Below are positions 22,196-32,726 of a stretch of DNA of 64,000 nucleotides, piece after piece. Position 1 is the first letter of the stretch; the number at the start of each line of letters is the position of its first letter. The stretch is from the NCBI GenBank assembly GCA_963849325.1, contig CAWKHF010000012.1:1024001-1088000 (forward strand), given 5' to 3'. The translations under genes and the position numbers were made by a program. The notes beneath the pieces were generated by a model. It ran no database searches and had not been told where the DNA came from. It saw only the letters and a list, made by a program, of their open reading frames with translations. This DNA comes from an uncultured Planctomycetota bacterium (GTDB lineage: Bacteria; Planctomycetota; Planctomycetia; Gemmatales; Gemmataceae).

Positions 22196-23478
22196 TTACC
22201 TCTTATGGTCGCCGACATTCGGCGCGTCCGGGTTCGTGTCCGGTCCGAAGTAGCGCAGCGTGACCAGCGGCTCGAGGCCGGTGTTCTCGAAGACGACGCC
22301 CTGCCGGGCGGCGTCGTGCGGTGACGAAAACCTCGTCCTCGGTCAGTTCGCCGAAGCGGATCATGGCCGGCGTCTGCAACGGCAGCTTGCCGATGCGGCC
22401 GCTGCCCTGCACGGCGATGAGGCCGTACGCGCCGTTGTCCTTGATCGTCACCTTGACGCCGGGATCGACCGTCAGTTCCTTGGCCGTGAACAGCTGCTCG
22501 CCGTCCACCTTGCCGTAGACGATCCAGCGATCGACGTAGCCTTCCGTGCGCCGTGTCGGCCACGGGGATCGGTTCGAGATAATGGCTATCCTTGAAGTTC
22601 GGATTGACGTTGCCCTCCCAGTCGAGCTGCTCGACGAGGTAATCGAGATCGTGGTGCTTGTCCTTGGGCATGTCCTTGACGAGCAGGCTCCAGGGCACCG
22701 GCCGGCCCTCGACCATGCGACTGGTACATGGCGAACACGTCGGAACCCCATTGCGGCTCGTAGGTGACCAGCGAGCCGGGCGCGTGCAGGACGCAGGGCG
22801 GCACCAGCCAGCCGGTGCCCGGTTGCAGGCGGTACGCCTTGGTGTAATTGAGGATGCACGTTGTCGCCCTCGTTCCAGCGCTCCAGACAGCGGCGAATGT
22901 CGTCCTTGGTCGTGCCGGGTTCCAGGCCGAAGAAGGTGTAGGGGAAGTTGTTGCCGACGGCGTTGAGCTGGGGTGGAAAATAATACGACTCCGGTTTACC
23001 CTGCTGGCCGACCTTGGCGGCCTGGGCGTTGTTCTGGTGCATGTGGTGCGGGATCGGCCCCAGGTTGTCGAAGAACTTGCTGTAGACGGGCCAGCGCTGA
23101 TAGCGGTCCCAGATGGGTCCGCCCGACGAGCTTCGCTCCCTCCGAGGCGACGGCGTCGCGGAGCGTGAAGGCCCGCTTGCCCTCGTGGACGACGTAGCTC
23201 AGACCCTCGTCGGTCGGGGCGCCCTCGTTGGCCGCGTGCGTCGTGGAGGCGAACCAGCGTTCGTCGATGCCGCCGCGATGGGCGCCGAGGGCGTACACGT
23301 CTTGCGGCGCCAGCTTGATGCGCCGGCCCGGCATCAGGAAGGAACGCGGCACCCAGGTCGGGGCCAGTCGCAACAACCCTTCGCCGGACTCCAAGGCGCG
23401 CCGGACCAGCGCGGCGTCCGCCGTGTCCGGGGCGGCCTGTTGTTTCGTCTTCGTTGGGGTGGAACTTTTCTTCGCCAT
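22196..23478 (-). CDS. Cupin protein resembling type I phosphomannose isomerase, frameshifted
   Basis: IDERW, SKFFDNLGPIPHHMHQ, KPESYYF, PPCVLHAPG..TYEPQ..SD when frames are joined. Confidence 0.7.
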
Positions 23479-23792
23479 GAGGGGTAAACTCCCTGGAGGT
23501 CGAGGACAGCAGCCGGATTACGGTATCGGCAACGAGGGACTGCCTCTCGCCTCCGCCGTGGCCTGATTAAAGAGCGCCGCGCCGCGACTGGCAAGGACAA
23601 ACTGGCCGCTCCCTCGAGACTTTTCGCGGAAATGTCGCCGCCGAGGAAAGAAACCGCCGTCCCAAACGAACTAGACAGAGGAGAGCAACGTCGAATACTC
23701 AGGAACAGGGTATGACGCCGTACCCGGATGCCCAGCCGAGTCGTGTCCCGCGGCCAACGCGGGACCGAAGGTCCATGAAGGAGTTGCCCACA

Positions 23793-24191
23793 ATGGACGA
23801 GTGTGAACGGAACGCTGTGTCTCCCCCCTGCCTGATCCTGGCCCACCCCGATGCCGTTTATGGCAGCGTGGTCGCCCGCGGCTTCCGCCGGCTGGGCTGG
23901 GACGTGTACCTCTCCCGCAGTGGCCCGGAGGTGCGCCGCCTCGTCCGCATGCTCGAGGCCAACGTGGTCGTCCTGGACGCCGACCTGCCCGAAGAGAGTG
24001 GCTGGCTCACCTGCGACAAGCTGACGCGCGAACAGCCGCTTGCCAAGATCATCCTCGTCAGCGACAACCTCAGCCGGCGTAACCTCGAGTTGGCCGCGTT
24101 CGTCGGCGCCAGCGCCCTCGTCCGCCATGCCGCCGGGTTGGTCCCCCTCGTCGAAGAACTGTGCGGCGCCGCCGTGTCAGCCGCAGGATGA
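23793..24191 (+). CDS. Atypical single-domain receiver protein
   Basis: VVVLDADLPEESGW and IILVS, but lacks the acidic pocket and conserved Lys. AAGGAG RBS. Confidence 0.65.
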   Translation: MDECERNAVSPPCLILAHPDAVYGSVVARGFRRLGWDVYLSRSGPEVRRLVRMLEANVVVLDADLPEESGWLTCDKLTREQPLAKIILVSDNLSRRNLELAAFVGASALVRHAAGLVPLVEELCGAAVSAAG

Positions 24192-24206
24192 GAAGGGGCG
24201 GCACAA

Positions 24207-24266
24207 AACCGAGCCGCGACCGTCAGGGAGCGGAGAAGACCGCTCCCTGACGGTCGCGGCTCGGTT
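24207..24266. repeat. Family A inverted pair between convergent genes (possible terminator)
   Basis: Perfect 27-bp arms, 6-nt loop. Confidence 0.92.
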
Positions 24267-24273
24267 CGCTCGC

Positions 24274-24744
24274 TCACGTCGCCACTTCAAACTGACACTC
24301 GATCTCCACCGGAATGTTGCCCGGCAGCGATCCCATGCCGACGGCGCTGCGCGAGCCGACGCCGGCGTCCTCGCCGAACACCTCGGCCATCAACTCCGAA
24401 AAGCCATTGATGACCTGCGGCTGTTCCTTGAAGTCGGTCGTGCCGTTGACCATGCCCAGCGTCTTGACCAGGCGCTGGACCTTGTCCAGCGAGCCGAGCG
24501 TGGCCCGGACGGTGCTGAGGATGTTCAGGCCGACGGCGCGGGCGCATTCCTTGCCCTGCTCGACCGTCAGGTCGGCGCCGACCTTGCCCTGCATCGGCGT
24601 CTTGTCGCTGATTTTGGCCGGGCCGTGGCCGGAGACGTAGAGCATGTTGCCGACGAGCACGGCGGTCTTGTACTTGGCCACGGGTTTGGGCGCCGGCGGC
24701 AGAGTCAGGTGCAGCTCCTGGATGCGGGTTTCCGGCTTCGCCAT
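24274..24744 (-). CDS. RidA/YjgF family protein
   Basis: LYVSGHGP, VINGFSEL, RSAVGMGSLP..IPVEIE. Confidence 0.92.
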   Translation of the reverse strand: MAKPETRIQELHLTLPPAPKPVAKYKTAVLVGNMLYVSGHGPAKISDKTPMQGKVGADLTVEQGKECARAVGLNILSTVRATLGSLDKVQRLVKTLGMVNGTTDFKEQPQVINGFSELMAEVFGEDAGVGSRSAVGMGSLPGNIPVEIECQFEVAT

Positions 24745-24943
24745 GAGGTCTCTCCTTCGCGGGGTGAGGGGCAAGCGTCCGTAAACGAACCTCCATTGTT
24801 ATCCGCCCGGGGCGGCGAGGTCAAGCGGCCGAGCGCGGAAAAACACTGACCTTGACGGGAAAGACGACAGCGATTATCGCAGCCGTCCTTGCCCCGGCGG
24901 AAGCGGTTGGCGGGACCGGGGAGGGAACGGAGGAGGGAGCACG

Positions 24944-25178
24944 ATGATGGGAAAACGGATTCTTGTGGACGGCGGCCCTGGCGGTCGTGCTGACGTCGGC
25001 GGGCTGCACGCGAAGTTGGTGCGAGCACCACGGCTACTACCCGGCGGCACCGTATCAACAACCCTGCTGCGTGCCGTGTTGTCCCTATCCCGCGCAACCG
25101 GCGGCCTATCCGGCGGCGGCGCCGACCTGGACGCAGCCGGCCGCCGCGCCGTGTACGTGTCCGCCGCCTCACCCCTGA
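24944..25178 (+). CDS. Small Cys/Pro-rich lipoprotein, probable frameshift near 24960
   Basis: GGAGGGAG RBS, MMGKR.., then WTAALAVVLTSAGC lipobox in a different frame. Confidence 0.55.
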
Positions 25179-25363
25179 TCGACCGCTCGCTCCGCTCTTG
25201 ACCTTTCGGACTCCGCCGGCGGCCCTGACACGATGGAAACGACATCGCGATTGCGAACGGTTCCAGTGGCGTCCAAACGGCATCTCGGCTACGATGGGCG
25301 GAAGGAGGGAGGCCCGGCCGGCGAGCCGTGCTGTGATCTCGGATCCCGAGCGGAGAGCGAACG

Positions 25364-26623
25364 ATGCGAACAATACGGATGACATTACGATCGACGGTAG
25401 TGGCGCTGACGGCGCTGACGTGTCTGGTCGCCGGCCGACTCGGCGCCGAGGAGCGCGATTCGAGCGTGCGCCGACAGGTGCTCAAGCTCAACGATGTCAC
25501 GGGCATGGACCCCCTTCGCGGCGAGGTCGCGGCCCTGCTCGAAGACAAGGCCGCCGCCCGGAAACTGCTGACCGAGGCCGCCCACATCGCCAAGGAGAAG
25601 CCGCAGCCGTTCAACTACAACGCCTCCCTCATCCTGGCCACCGCCGCCGCGCAGCTCAAGGAGTACGATGCCGCCGAGACCTTCTATCGACTGCATCTGG
25701 ACCAGGCCAAGCACCTGGCCAGCGTCAAGGGTCTGGCCGCCGCCTACGGCGGGCTGATCAAGATTTACTACGAGACCAAGAAATTCGCCGACGCCGAGAA
25801 GATGTGCAAGGAAGCCCTCGACCTCAAGAGCGAGGACGGCGATAAATCCATCGACCGCTTCAAGTCGGCGGTGATGGAAGAGATGCTCCTGGCCATCGCG
25901 CGGCAGGGCGACACGGATCGAGCCATCGACATCATCGACCGCATCCTCAAGAACGCGCCGAACAGCTGGCTGGCCCTGGACCTCAAGGCCCGCGTCTACC
26001 GTATCGCCGAGAAGAACCAGGAGGCGGCCAACGTCTACGAGGAAGCCCTGCGCCGCCTCAAGGATGACGCGGACCTCAAGCCGGAAGCCAAGGACATTCT
26101 GGCCGACGACATCCGCTATTCGCTGAGCGGGTTGTACGTCGATCTCAATCAGGTGGACAAGGCCGCCGAGCAGCTCAAGGCGCTGCTGGCCAAGGAACCG
26201 GACAACGCGACGTACAACAACGACCTCGGTTACATCTGGGCCGACCACGACAGGAACCTGACCGAGTCGGAGAAGCTGGTTCGCAAGGCCATCGAGGAGG
26301 ACCGCAAGCTACGCCGCAAGGTCAACCCCAACCTCACGCCGGACGAAGACAAGGACAATCCCGCCTACCTCGACAGCCTCGGCTGGGTGCTTTACAAGCA
26401 GAAGAAGTACCAGGAAGCGAAGAAGTATTTGCAGCAAGCCGTCGAGCAGGAGGACGGCAAGCACGTCGAGATCCTCGACCATCTCGGCGACGTGCTGCTG
26501 GCCCTGGGCGAGAAGGCCGAGGCCGTGGCCGCCTGGAAAAAGGGCGTGGCAGCGACCGGCGACACGAAGCGCGAGCAAAAGCGCAAGGCGGAAGTGCTCA
26601 AGAAGATTAAGGCCAACGAGTAA
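25364..26623 (+). CDS. Exported TPR protein
   Basis: Signal peptide, NDLGYIWAD, YLDSLGWV, LDHLGDV. Confidence 0.9.
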   Translation: MRTIRMTLRSTVVALTALTCLVAGRLGAEERDSSVRRQVLKLNDVTGMDPLRGEVAALLEDKAAARKLLTEAAHIAKEKPQPFNYNASLILATAAAQLKEYDAAETFYRLHLDQAKHLASVKGLAAAYGGLIKIYYETKKFADAEKMCKEALDLKSEDGDKSIDRFKSAVMEEMLLAIARQGDTDRAIDIIDRILKNAPNSWLALDLKARVYRIAEKNQEAANVYEEALRRLKDDADLKPEAKDILADDIRYSLSGLYVDLNQVDKAAEQLKALLAKEPDNATYNNDLGYIWADHDRNLTESEKLVRKAIEEDRKLRRKVNPNLTPDEDKDNPAYLDSLGWVLYKQKKYQEAKKYLQQAVEQEDGKHVEILDHLGDVLLALGEKAEAVAAWKKGVAATGDTKREQKRKAEVLKKIKANE

Positions 26624-26648
26624 AGAAGGGCGCGTCCAGGAATACCTT

Positions 26649-26715
26649 CGTTTAGCCGCGACGCGCAGCGGAGCGCGGGAGACCCCCGCGCTCCGCTGCG
26701 CGTCGCGGCTAAACG
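26649..26715. repeat. Family B inverted pair
   Basis: CGTTTAGCCGCGACGCGCAGCGGAGCGCGGG followed by its reverse complement. Confidence 0.92.
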
Positions 26716-26762
26716 TTGGAAGTCATACCTGGGCACTCCCTTGTTTTTTGGGAGACGGTGTG

Positions 26763-28136
26763 ATGGCTTCTCTCCCCATCGCCGACCGGCTGGCCGAGTA
26801 CGGTTGCCGGCTTCGTTTCGAGCATCTGCCGGCCGAGACGGTCCATGAAGTCCAGCGTCGCTTCCTCGATTCGCTGGCCACCGCTGTCGGGGCCATGAAC
26901 GCCGACGCCTACGTCCTCGCGCGCCGCTGCGCCCTGCGCGTGCAGGGCCGGCCGGGCGCCGGCCTGCTGGGCGGAGGCGAAAGCAGCGTCGAATGGGCCG
27001 CCTTCGTCAACGGCCTGCTCATCCGCTATCTCGATTACAATGACACCTACTTGTCACTAGAACCGGCTCACCCGAGCGACAACCTGGCCGCCGTCCTGGC
27101 CGTCGGCGACATGGTGAAGGCTGATGGTCCGGCCCTCATCACGGCCGCGGTCCTGGCCTATGAGATCCAGTGCCGGCTGTGCGACGCGGCCAGTCTGCGC
27201 AGGCACGGCTTCGACCACGTCACCTACGGCGCCCTGTCCTCCTGCGCCGCCGCTTGCAAGCTGCTCAACCTCGATGCGGCGAAGACGGCCCACGCCCTGG
27301 GACTGGCCGGCGTGTGCAACGTGGCCCTGCGGCAGACGCGCGCCGGCGAGTTGAGCATGTGGAAGGGCTGTGCCTTCGCCAACGCGGCACGCAACGGCGT
27401 CTTCGCCGCCCTGCTCGCCGCCGAAGGCATGACCGGCCCGGCCCCCATCTTCGAGGGCGAAGTTGGCATCATGAAGCTCTTGACCGGACCCTTCGAGCTG
27501 CACGGCCTGGGCGGCGAAACCCACGACGGCGCGACACTGCCGTTCATGATAAACCAGACGTACATCAAGTTCTGGCCGGCCGAGTATCACTCGCAGAGCG
27601 CCATCGACGCCGCCCTGCAACTGCGGAGCGAGATCGGCGATCCGAAAAGGATTCAATCCATCGACATCCACACCTTCGACGCCGCCGTGGACATTATCGG
27701 CAAAGATCCGGAGAAATGGCGGCCGCGGACGCGCGAGACGGCCGACCACAGTTTGCCGTACTGCACGGCCGTCGCCTTGATGGATGGCGATGTCACGGAT
27801 GCGCAGTTTGCTCCGGAGCGTTTCCAGGAGCCGGTCTTGCTGGAACTGGTGGCGAAGATCAAGGTCCACCGCGACGCCGTCCTCAACGAGCGCTATCCGC
27901 GCGGCATCCCCAACCGCCTGACGGTAACGCTGGCGGATGGCCGCCAAATGGTGCGCGAGGTCGAGTTTCCGCGCGGCCACGCCCACAACCCGATGAGCGA
28001 TGCCGAGGTCGAACACAAGTTCCGCGGCCTGGTCGAGCCGCGCTACGGCAAGGAGCGAGCCGATCGTATCCAGACGGCGTGTTGGAAGCTGGACAAGCTC
28101 AAGGAAGCGGGCGAGCTGATACGGTTGGTGGATTGA
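26763..28136 (+). CDS. prpD: MmgE/PrpD family (2-methylcitrate dehydratase-like)
   Basis: RYLDYNDT, HPSDN, LSMWKG, ETADHSLPY. Confidence 0.88.
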   Translation: MASLPIADRLAEYGCRLRFEHLPAETVHEVQRRFLDSLATAVGAMNADAYVLARRCALRVQGRPGAGLLGGGESSVEWAAFVNGLLIRYLDYNDTYLSLEPAHPSDNLAAVLAVGDMVKADGPALITAAVLAYEIQCRLCDAASLRRHGFDHVTYGALSSCAAACKLLNLDAAKTAHALGLAGVCNVALRQTRAGELSMWKGCAFANAARNGVFAALLAAEGMTGPAPIFEGEVGIMKLLTGPFELHGLGGETHDGATLPFMINQTYIKFWPAEYHSQSAIDAALQLRSEIGDPKRIQSIDIHTFDAAVDIIGKDPEKWRPRTRETADHSLPYCTAVALMDGDVTDAQFAPERFQEPVLLELVAKIKVHRDAVLNERYPRGIPNRLTVTLADGRQMVREVEFPRGHAHNPMSDAEVEHKFRGLVEPRYGKERADRIQTACWKLDKLKEAGELIRLVD

Positions 28137-28191
28137 GAAAGCGCGCGGAAATGCGAACCGTCTCCCACGTTGCTGCGGCGTGGACGACACT

Positions 28192-28923
28192 CTACTTTTT
28201 CAGAAGCGTTGAAAGCTCCGGTGGGGCCGGTATCGGAGGTTCCGCGGCTTGCTCGCGCAGGCGCGCGGGCACGCTGTCCTGAACGGCCTCGACGATCGAT
28301 GCCGGCGTGGGTACCGTTACCGGCTCCGGCGTGCTGATCCGCACTTCCCGCACGCGCAGCCGACGGAAGTAGTGATAAACGAGGTAAGCGACGACGCCCG
28401 CCGCCACCAGGTACACCGCCCAGTTGTTGGCGTATTGGTGAATCAGGCTCATGAGGCCGGCCCCACAGAAGAAAAGCAGACCCACGCCGAAGACAGCGTA
28501 CACGGCGTCGGCGATGATGAAGCGGACGAAGGGAAACGACAGGGCGCCGGCGACGACGAAAACACCCGTCCGCAAGGGCGGCAGCAGTCGGGCCGTCAGC
28601 AGGATCTTGATGCCGTGGCTGTGGAAGAGGCGCTCGAAGCGCAACCGCCGCTCCGGTTTGACGATCCGCTTGACCCAGCGGTACTCGAACAGGTGCGGCC
28701 CACACCATCGACCCACGCCGTAGAGGGTCATGTCGGCGCACAGGACGCCCGCCCCCGCGGCCGGCCAAGCCCACCACCAATGCACGTTCGGATGCACCGC
28801 CGCCAACCAGGCCGCGTAACCGATGCCGCCCTCTTCCGGGAAGGGCGGCAAGCCGATCCCCGTGCAGTACAACCACAGGAAAATCGAGGCGTACCAGCCC
28901 ACCGCTTCGAGGAACGTATCCAT
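28192..28923 (-). CDS. DedA family membrane protein
   Basis: GLPPFPEE, ADMTLYGVGR, ARLLPPLR. Confidence 0.88.
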   Translation of the reverse strand: MDTFLEAVGWYASIFLWLYCTGIGLPPFPEEGGIGYAAWLAAVHPNVHWWWAWPAAGAGVLCADMTLYGVGRWCGPHLFEYRWVKRIVKPERRLRFERLFHSHGIKILLTARLLPPLRTGVFVVAGALSFPFVRFIIADAVYAVFGVGLLFFCGAGLMSLIHQYANNWAVYLVAAGVVAYLVYHYFRRLRVREVRISTPEPVTVPTPASIVEAVQDSVPARLREQAAEPPIPAPPELSTLLKK

Positions 28924-29063
28924 CCTCTTTTCCTCCCCTCGGTGTGTCACCCTCTTCTTGTCCTTCCGCCTCCTCTCCAAGGTATCTTCAAATACTGTGC
29001 CAATGTCCGCGGGAGGGCAGTGCGCCGTGGAGGTTGGTGGCCGAACCTGTGCCCCCCTCCGCC

Positions 29064-30140
29064 TCAGGGAATCGGCCTGACCGGGCCGCTATTCCTCGCC
29101 GTGCTCCCCGCTACCGCCTTCATCGCGTCCGGGAGGGCCAGGTTCACTTCCAGGACGTTGACGAGCGGCACGCCGGCCAGACCGCCGAAGGGCGCCTCCG
29201 CTTTCTGACTCAGCAGGTTCTCGATCGCCTTGCGGATCTCGACCGGGTCCGCCCCCGTCTTCCGAGACCAGGCGTCCACCACCCCATCGATTTGATGACG
29301 GGCGTTCGCCAGCGTGATGTGCGGGTCCAGCCCCGAACCGGAAGCCATCACCCGGTCGGCCGGCACTTCGACCAGTTCCACGTCCGGATGCTCCTGGAGC
29401 CACAGATCGAAGAAGTTCCGCTGGATGTCCACGTCTTCCGTCACCGGCTCGATCCGCTTCTCCGTCTTGCCGTCTGCCGTCGTCTTCTCCACCGTCCCCG
29501 GCCACGTCCCTGGATACGTGCGGGAAAAATGGGTGAAGAAGGGGACCGCGAGATCCTCAGGCTTCGGCTCCGGGGTATCCGGATTATTCGCCACGCACTC
29601 CGCCACTTCCTTCGGATGAGCGGCTTGCCAGCGACCGACAAAATCACTGTTTGGCTTGTCCGCCTTGACCCAGGCCTGCGCCAGGAACGGGTATTTCTCC
29701 GCCCACTGGGCGAGGAGGTGAGGTTTTCCCTGGAAGTGGTCTTGCTGGAACCACTGTTCAATGTCCTTGCCAACGAGTTGGGCCTTTTTCGGGCCGCCGC
29801 GGTACTTGACGATGGGTCCGAGCGCCTGGGCGACGCGGGCGCGCAGCCTGGGATTGTTGGCGCTATAGTTTGAGCCACCCGAGGCAGAGGCATCGTAAGA
29901 CGGCGACGAGGGCCGTGGCTGGAAATACTCCGGCCCGTTGAACGCCTGACCGATCAGCCGCGAGCCGACCGCCTCGCCGTCCGTGCGAACCGGCTGGCCA
30001 TCCTTGCCGACCAGGCTGCCCGAAGCCTTGTTCGGGAAAATCCCCTGACCAATCACCCACAGCGTCAAAGGATACAGAATGGAGCAAATCAGTACGGTCA
30101 AGCCGAGAAGCCATAGATTGGCGCGGAGATGCGCGTTCAT
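29064..30140 (-). CDS. kdpC: K+-transporting ATPase subunit C, long form (358 aa)
   Basis: GSRLIGQAF, YFQPRPS, SGGSN, ASGSGLDPHI, VNVLEVNLAL. Confidence 0.93.
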   Translation of the reverse strand: MNAHLRANLWLLGLTVLICSILYPLTLWVIGQGIFPNKASGSLVGKDGQPVRTDGEAVGSRLIGQAFNGPEYFQPRPSSPSYDASASGGSNYSANNPRLRARVAQALGPIVKYRGGPKKAQLVGKDIEQWFQQDHFQGKPHLLAQWAEKYPFLAQAWVKADKPNSDFVGRWQAAHPKEVAECVANNPDTPEPKPEDLAVPFFTHFSRTYPGTWPGTVEKTTADGKTEKRIEPVTEDVDIQRNFFDLWLQEHPDVELVEVPADRVMASGSGLDPHITLANARHQIDGVVDAWSRKTGADPVEIRKAIENLLSQKAEAPFGGLAGVPLVNVLEVNLALPDAMKAVAGSTARNSGPVRPIP

Positions 30141-30169
30141 GGGATCACCTTTGCAAAGGAAGCGCGAAT

Positions 30170-30228
30170 GTTTAGCCGCGACGCGCAGCGGAGCGCGCAA
30201 TGCGCTCCGCTGCGCGTCGCGGCTAAAC
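30170..30228. repeat. Family B inverted pair between kdpB and kdpC
   Basis: Same arm sequence as the other B copies. Contains the kdpB stop. Confidence 0.9.
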
Positions 30229-32684
30229 GAGGAGGGTCAACACCATGTCAATCATTTTGATGCCGATAAACGGCACGATCACCCCGCCCAGACCCCAGAT
30301 CAGCAGGTTACGGCGGAGCAGCGCATCGGCGCCGACCGGCCGATACGTAACACCCTTCGAGCGCGATGGGGATCAACAGCGGAATGATGATCGCATTGAA
30401 GATCACCGCCGACAGGATGGCCGACTGCGCCGAGTGCAGGCGCATGACGTCGATGGCCTTCAGCCACGGCAGCGTCGAGGCGAACAGCGCCGGCACGATG
30501 GCGAAATACTTGGCCAGGTCGTTGGCGATGGAGAAGGTCGTCAGGGCGCCGCGCGTCATCAGCAGTTGCTTGCCGATCTCGACGACCTCAATGAGCTTGG
30601 TCGGATCGCTGTCGAGATCGACCATGTTGCCGGCCTCCTTGGCGGCTTGCGTGCCGCTGTTCATGGCCACGCCGACGTCGGCTTGCGCCAGGGCTGGAGC
30701 GTCGTTGGTGCCGTCGCCCATCATGGCGACGAGCTTGCCGCCCTGCTGCTCCTTGCGGATGTAGGCCAGTTTGGCCTCCGGCGTCGCCTCGGCGATGAAG
30801 TCATCGACGCCGGCCTTCTCGGCGATGTATTTCGCTGTCAACGGATTGTCACCCGTGACCATGACCGTGCGCAGGCCCATGCGGCGCAGCCGCTCGAAAC
30901 GCTCGCTGATGCCGGGCTTGAGGATGTCCTCCAGCACGACCAGGCCGGCGATGCGGTTGCCCTCGCAGACGAGCAGCGGTGTCGCACCCTGTCCGGCCAC
31001 GTTATCGACTTGTTCCCGCAAGCGCGGCGGGAGAACGCCGCCCTGTTGCTGGACGTGGCGAATGACCGCATCGGCGGCGCCCTTGCGAATGACTCGGCCG
31101 TCCGGCAAGTCGATGCCGCTCATGCGCGTCTGGGCCGTGAATTCCACGAAGCGCGCGCCGGGCGGGGCGATGCCCGATAGTCCTCCCTCGCCGCCCAGGC
31201 GGCGATACAGCTCGACGATGCTCTTGCCCTCGGGAGTCGGATCGGCGGTCGAAGCCAGGGCCGCCAGGGCGCCGACGTCGGCGGCGGACAGTTCGCCCAG
31301 CGGCACGAAGCGCGTGGCCCGGCGATTACCCATCGTGATGGTGCCGGTCTTGTCCAGCAGCAGCGTATCCACGTCGCCGGCCACCTCGACGGCCTTGCCG
31401 CTCTTGGCGATGATGTTGGCCCGCAGCGCCCGGTCCATGCCGGCGATGCCGATGGCCGCCAGCAGCGCCCCGATCGTCGTCGGGATCAGGCACACCAGCA
31501 GCGCCACCAGCGTCGGCACGTCGGTGCCCAGGCTGCGCGTCTCTTCGCCGAGATAGCCTTGCATGTACAGTTCGGTGTGCCGGGCCATCGGCCACAGCGC
31601 CGCCGTGACGATGAGGAAAATCAGCGTGAACGCGGCCAGGACCAGCGACAGGGCGATCTCATTGGGCGTGCGCTGACGGATGGCCCCTTCGACCAGGGCG
31701 ATCATGCGGTCCAGGAACGATTTGCCGGGCCGTGAGGTGATCGCCACGACGATGCGGTCGGACAGCACGCGCGTGCCGCCGGTGACGCCGGAGCGGTCGC
31801 CGCCCGCCTCTCGGATGACCGGCGCCGACTCGCCGGTGATGGCCGACTCATCGACCGAGGCGACGCCGGCGACGATCTCGCCGTCACCGGGGATCATCTG
31901 GCCGGCGTAGATCACGACGAGATCGCCCTCGTTGAGCCGCGTGGACACCGTCTCTTCGAGCAGGGTCGGATCGAAGTCGTTCGACCCCGACAGCGCTGTG
32001 TCCTCATCCCGTTCGTGCAGCACGCGCTGGGCGTCCGCGCGATTCCGCAGGCGATAGGCGGGCGTCTCCTGCGCGCGTCTTGCGCAGGGCGTCGGCCTGG
32101 GCCTTGCCCCGCGCTTCGGCCAGCGCCGAGGCGAAATTGGCGAACACCACCGTCAGGAACAGCCAGATGTCCAGGGCGATCAGATAGCCGAGCGAAGCCT
32201 CGCTCGGAGAGCCGAACGCCTTGGCGATCGTGTAGAGGATCGATAGGACCGTGCCGACCTCGACCACGAACATCACCGGGTTTTTCCATTGGATGTCCGG
32301 GCGCAGCATGACGAAAGCCTGCGTGAGAGCGGTGCGCAGCAGGTCCGGCGCGAACAGCCCGGCACGCCGACTCCTGCGCCGAGCCAGCTTCGCATCTTTC
32401 ATGCGATCCTCTCGTCGCTTCGGGGGCAGCGGCACTTCCGAATCGGGCGAGGGGGAGGGTATACGGCTGACGTAAATAGGATTCATCACGAGCCTCTCGT
32501 AATCGGCAATCGACCGTTCGTAGGCTTTCCGCCCCGTTCTTCGGGCATTGACGAGGACTGCCCCGAAAACGGCGAGCACCGCCAGGAGGAGAAGAACGGC
32601 GAAGGACTCTCCGATCGCCAGCGATACGGCCATGAGGAACGAAGGGCAGACAGGCGCGAGCATGGGAGTGAGCCAGTACAACAT
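30223..32684 (-). CDS. kdpB: K+-transporting ATPase subunit B, frameshifts near 32060 and 30355
   Basis: [30 protein letters not shown]. Start may be 32684 or further downstream. Confidence 0.93.
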
Positions 32685-32726
32685 TGGACCTTCCAACAAC
32701 GCGGGCGATCCGGGACCGAAGTACAC

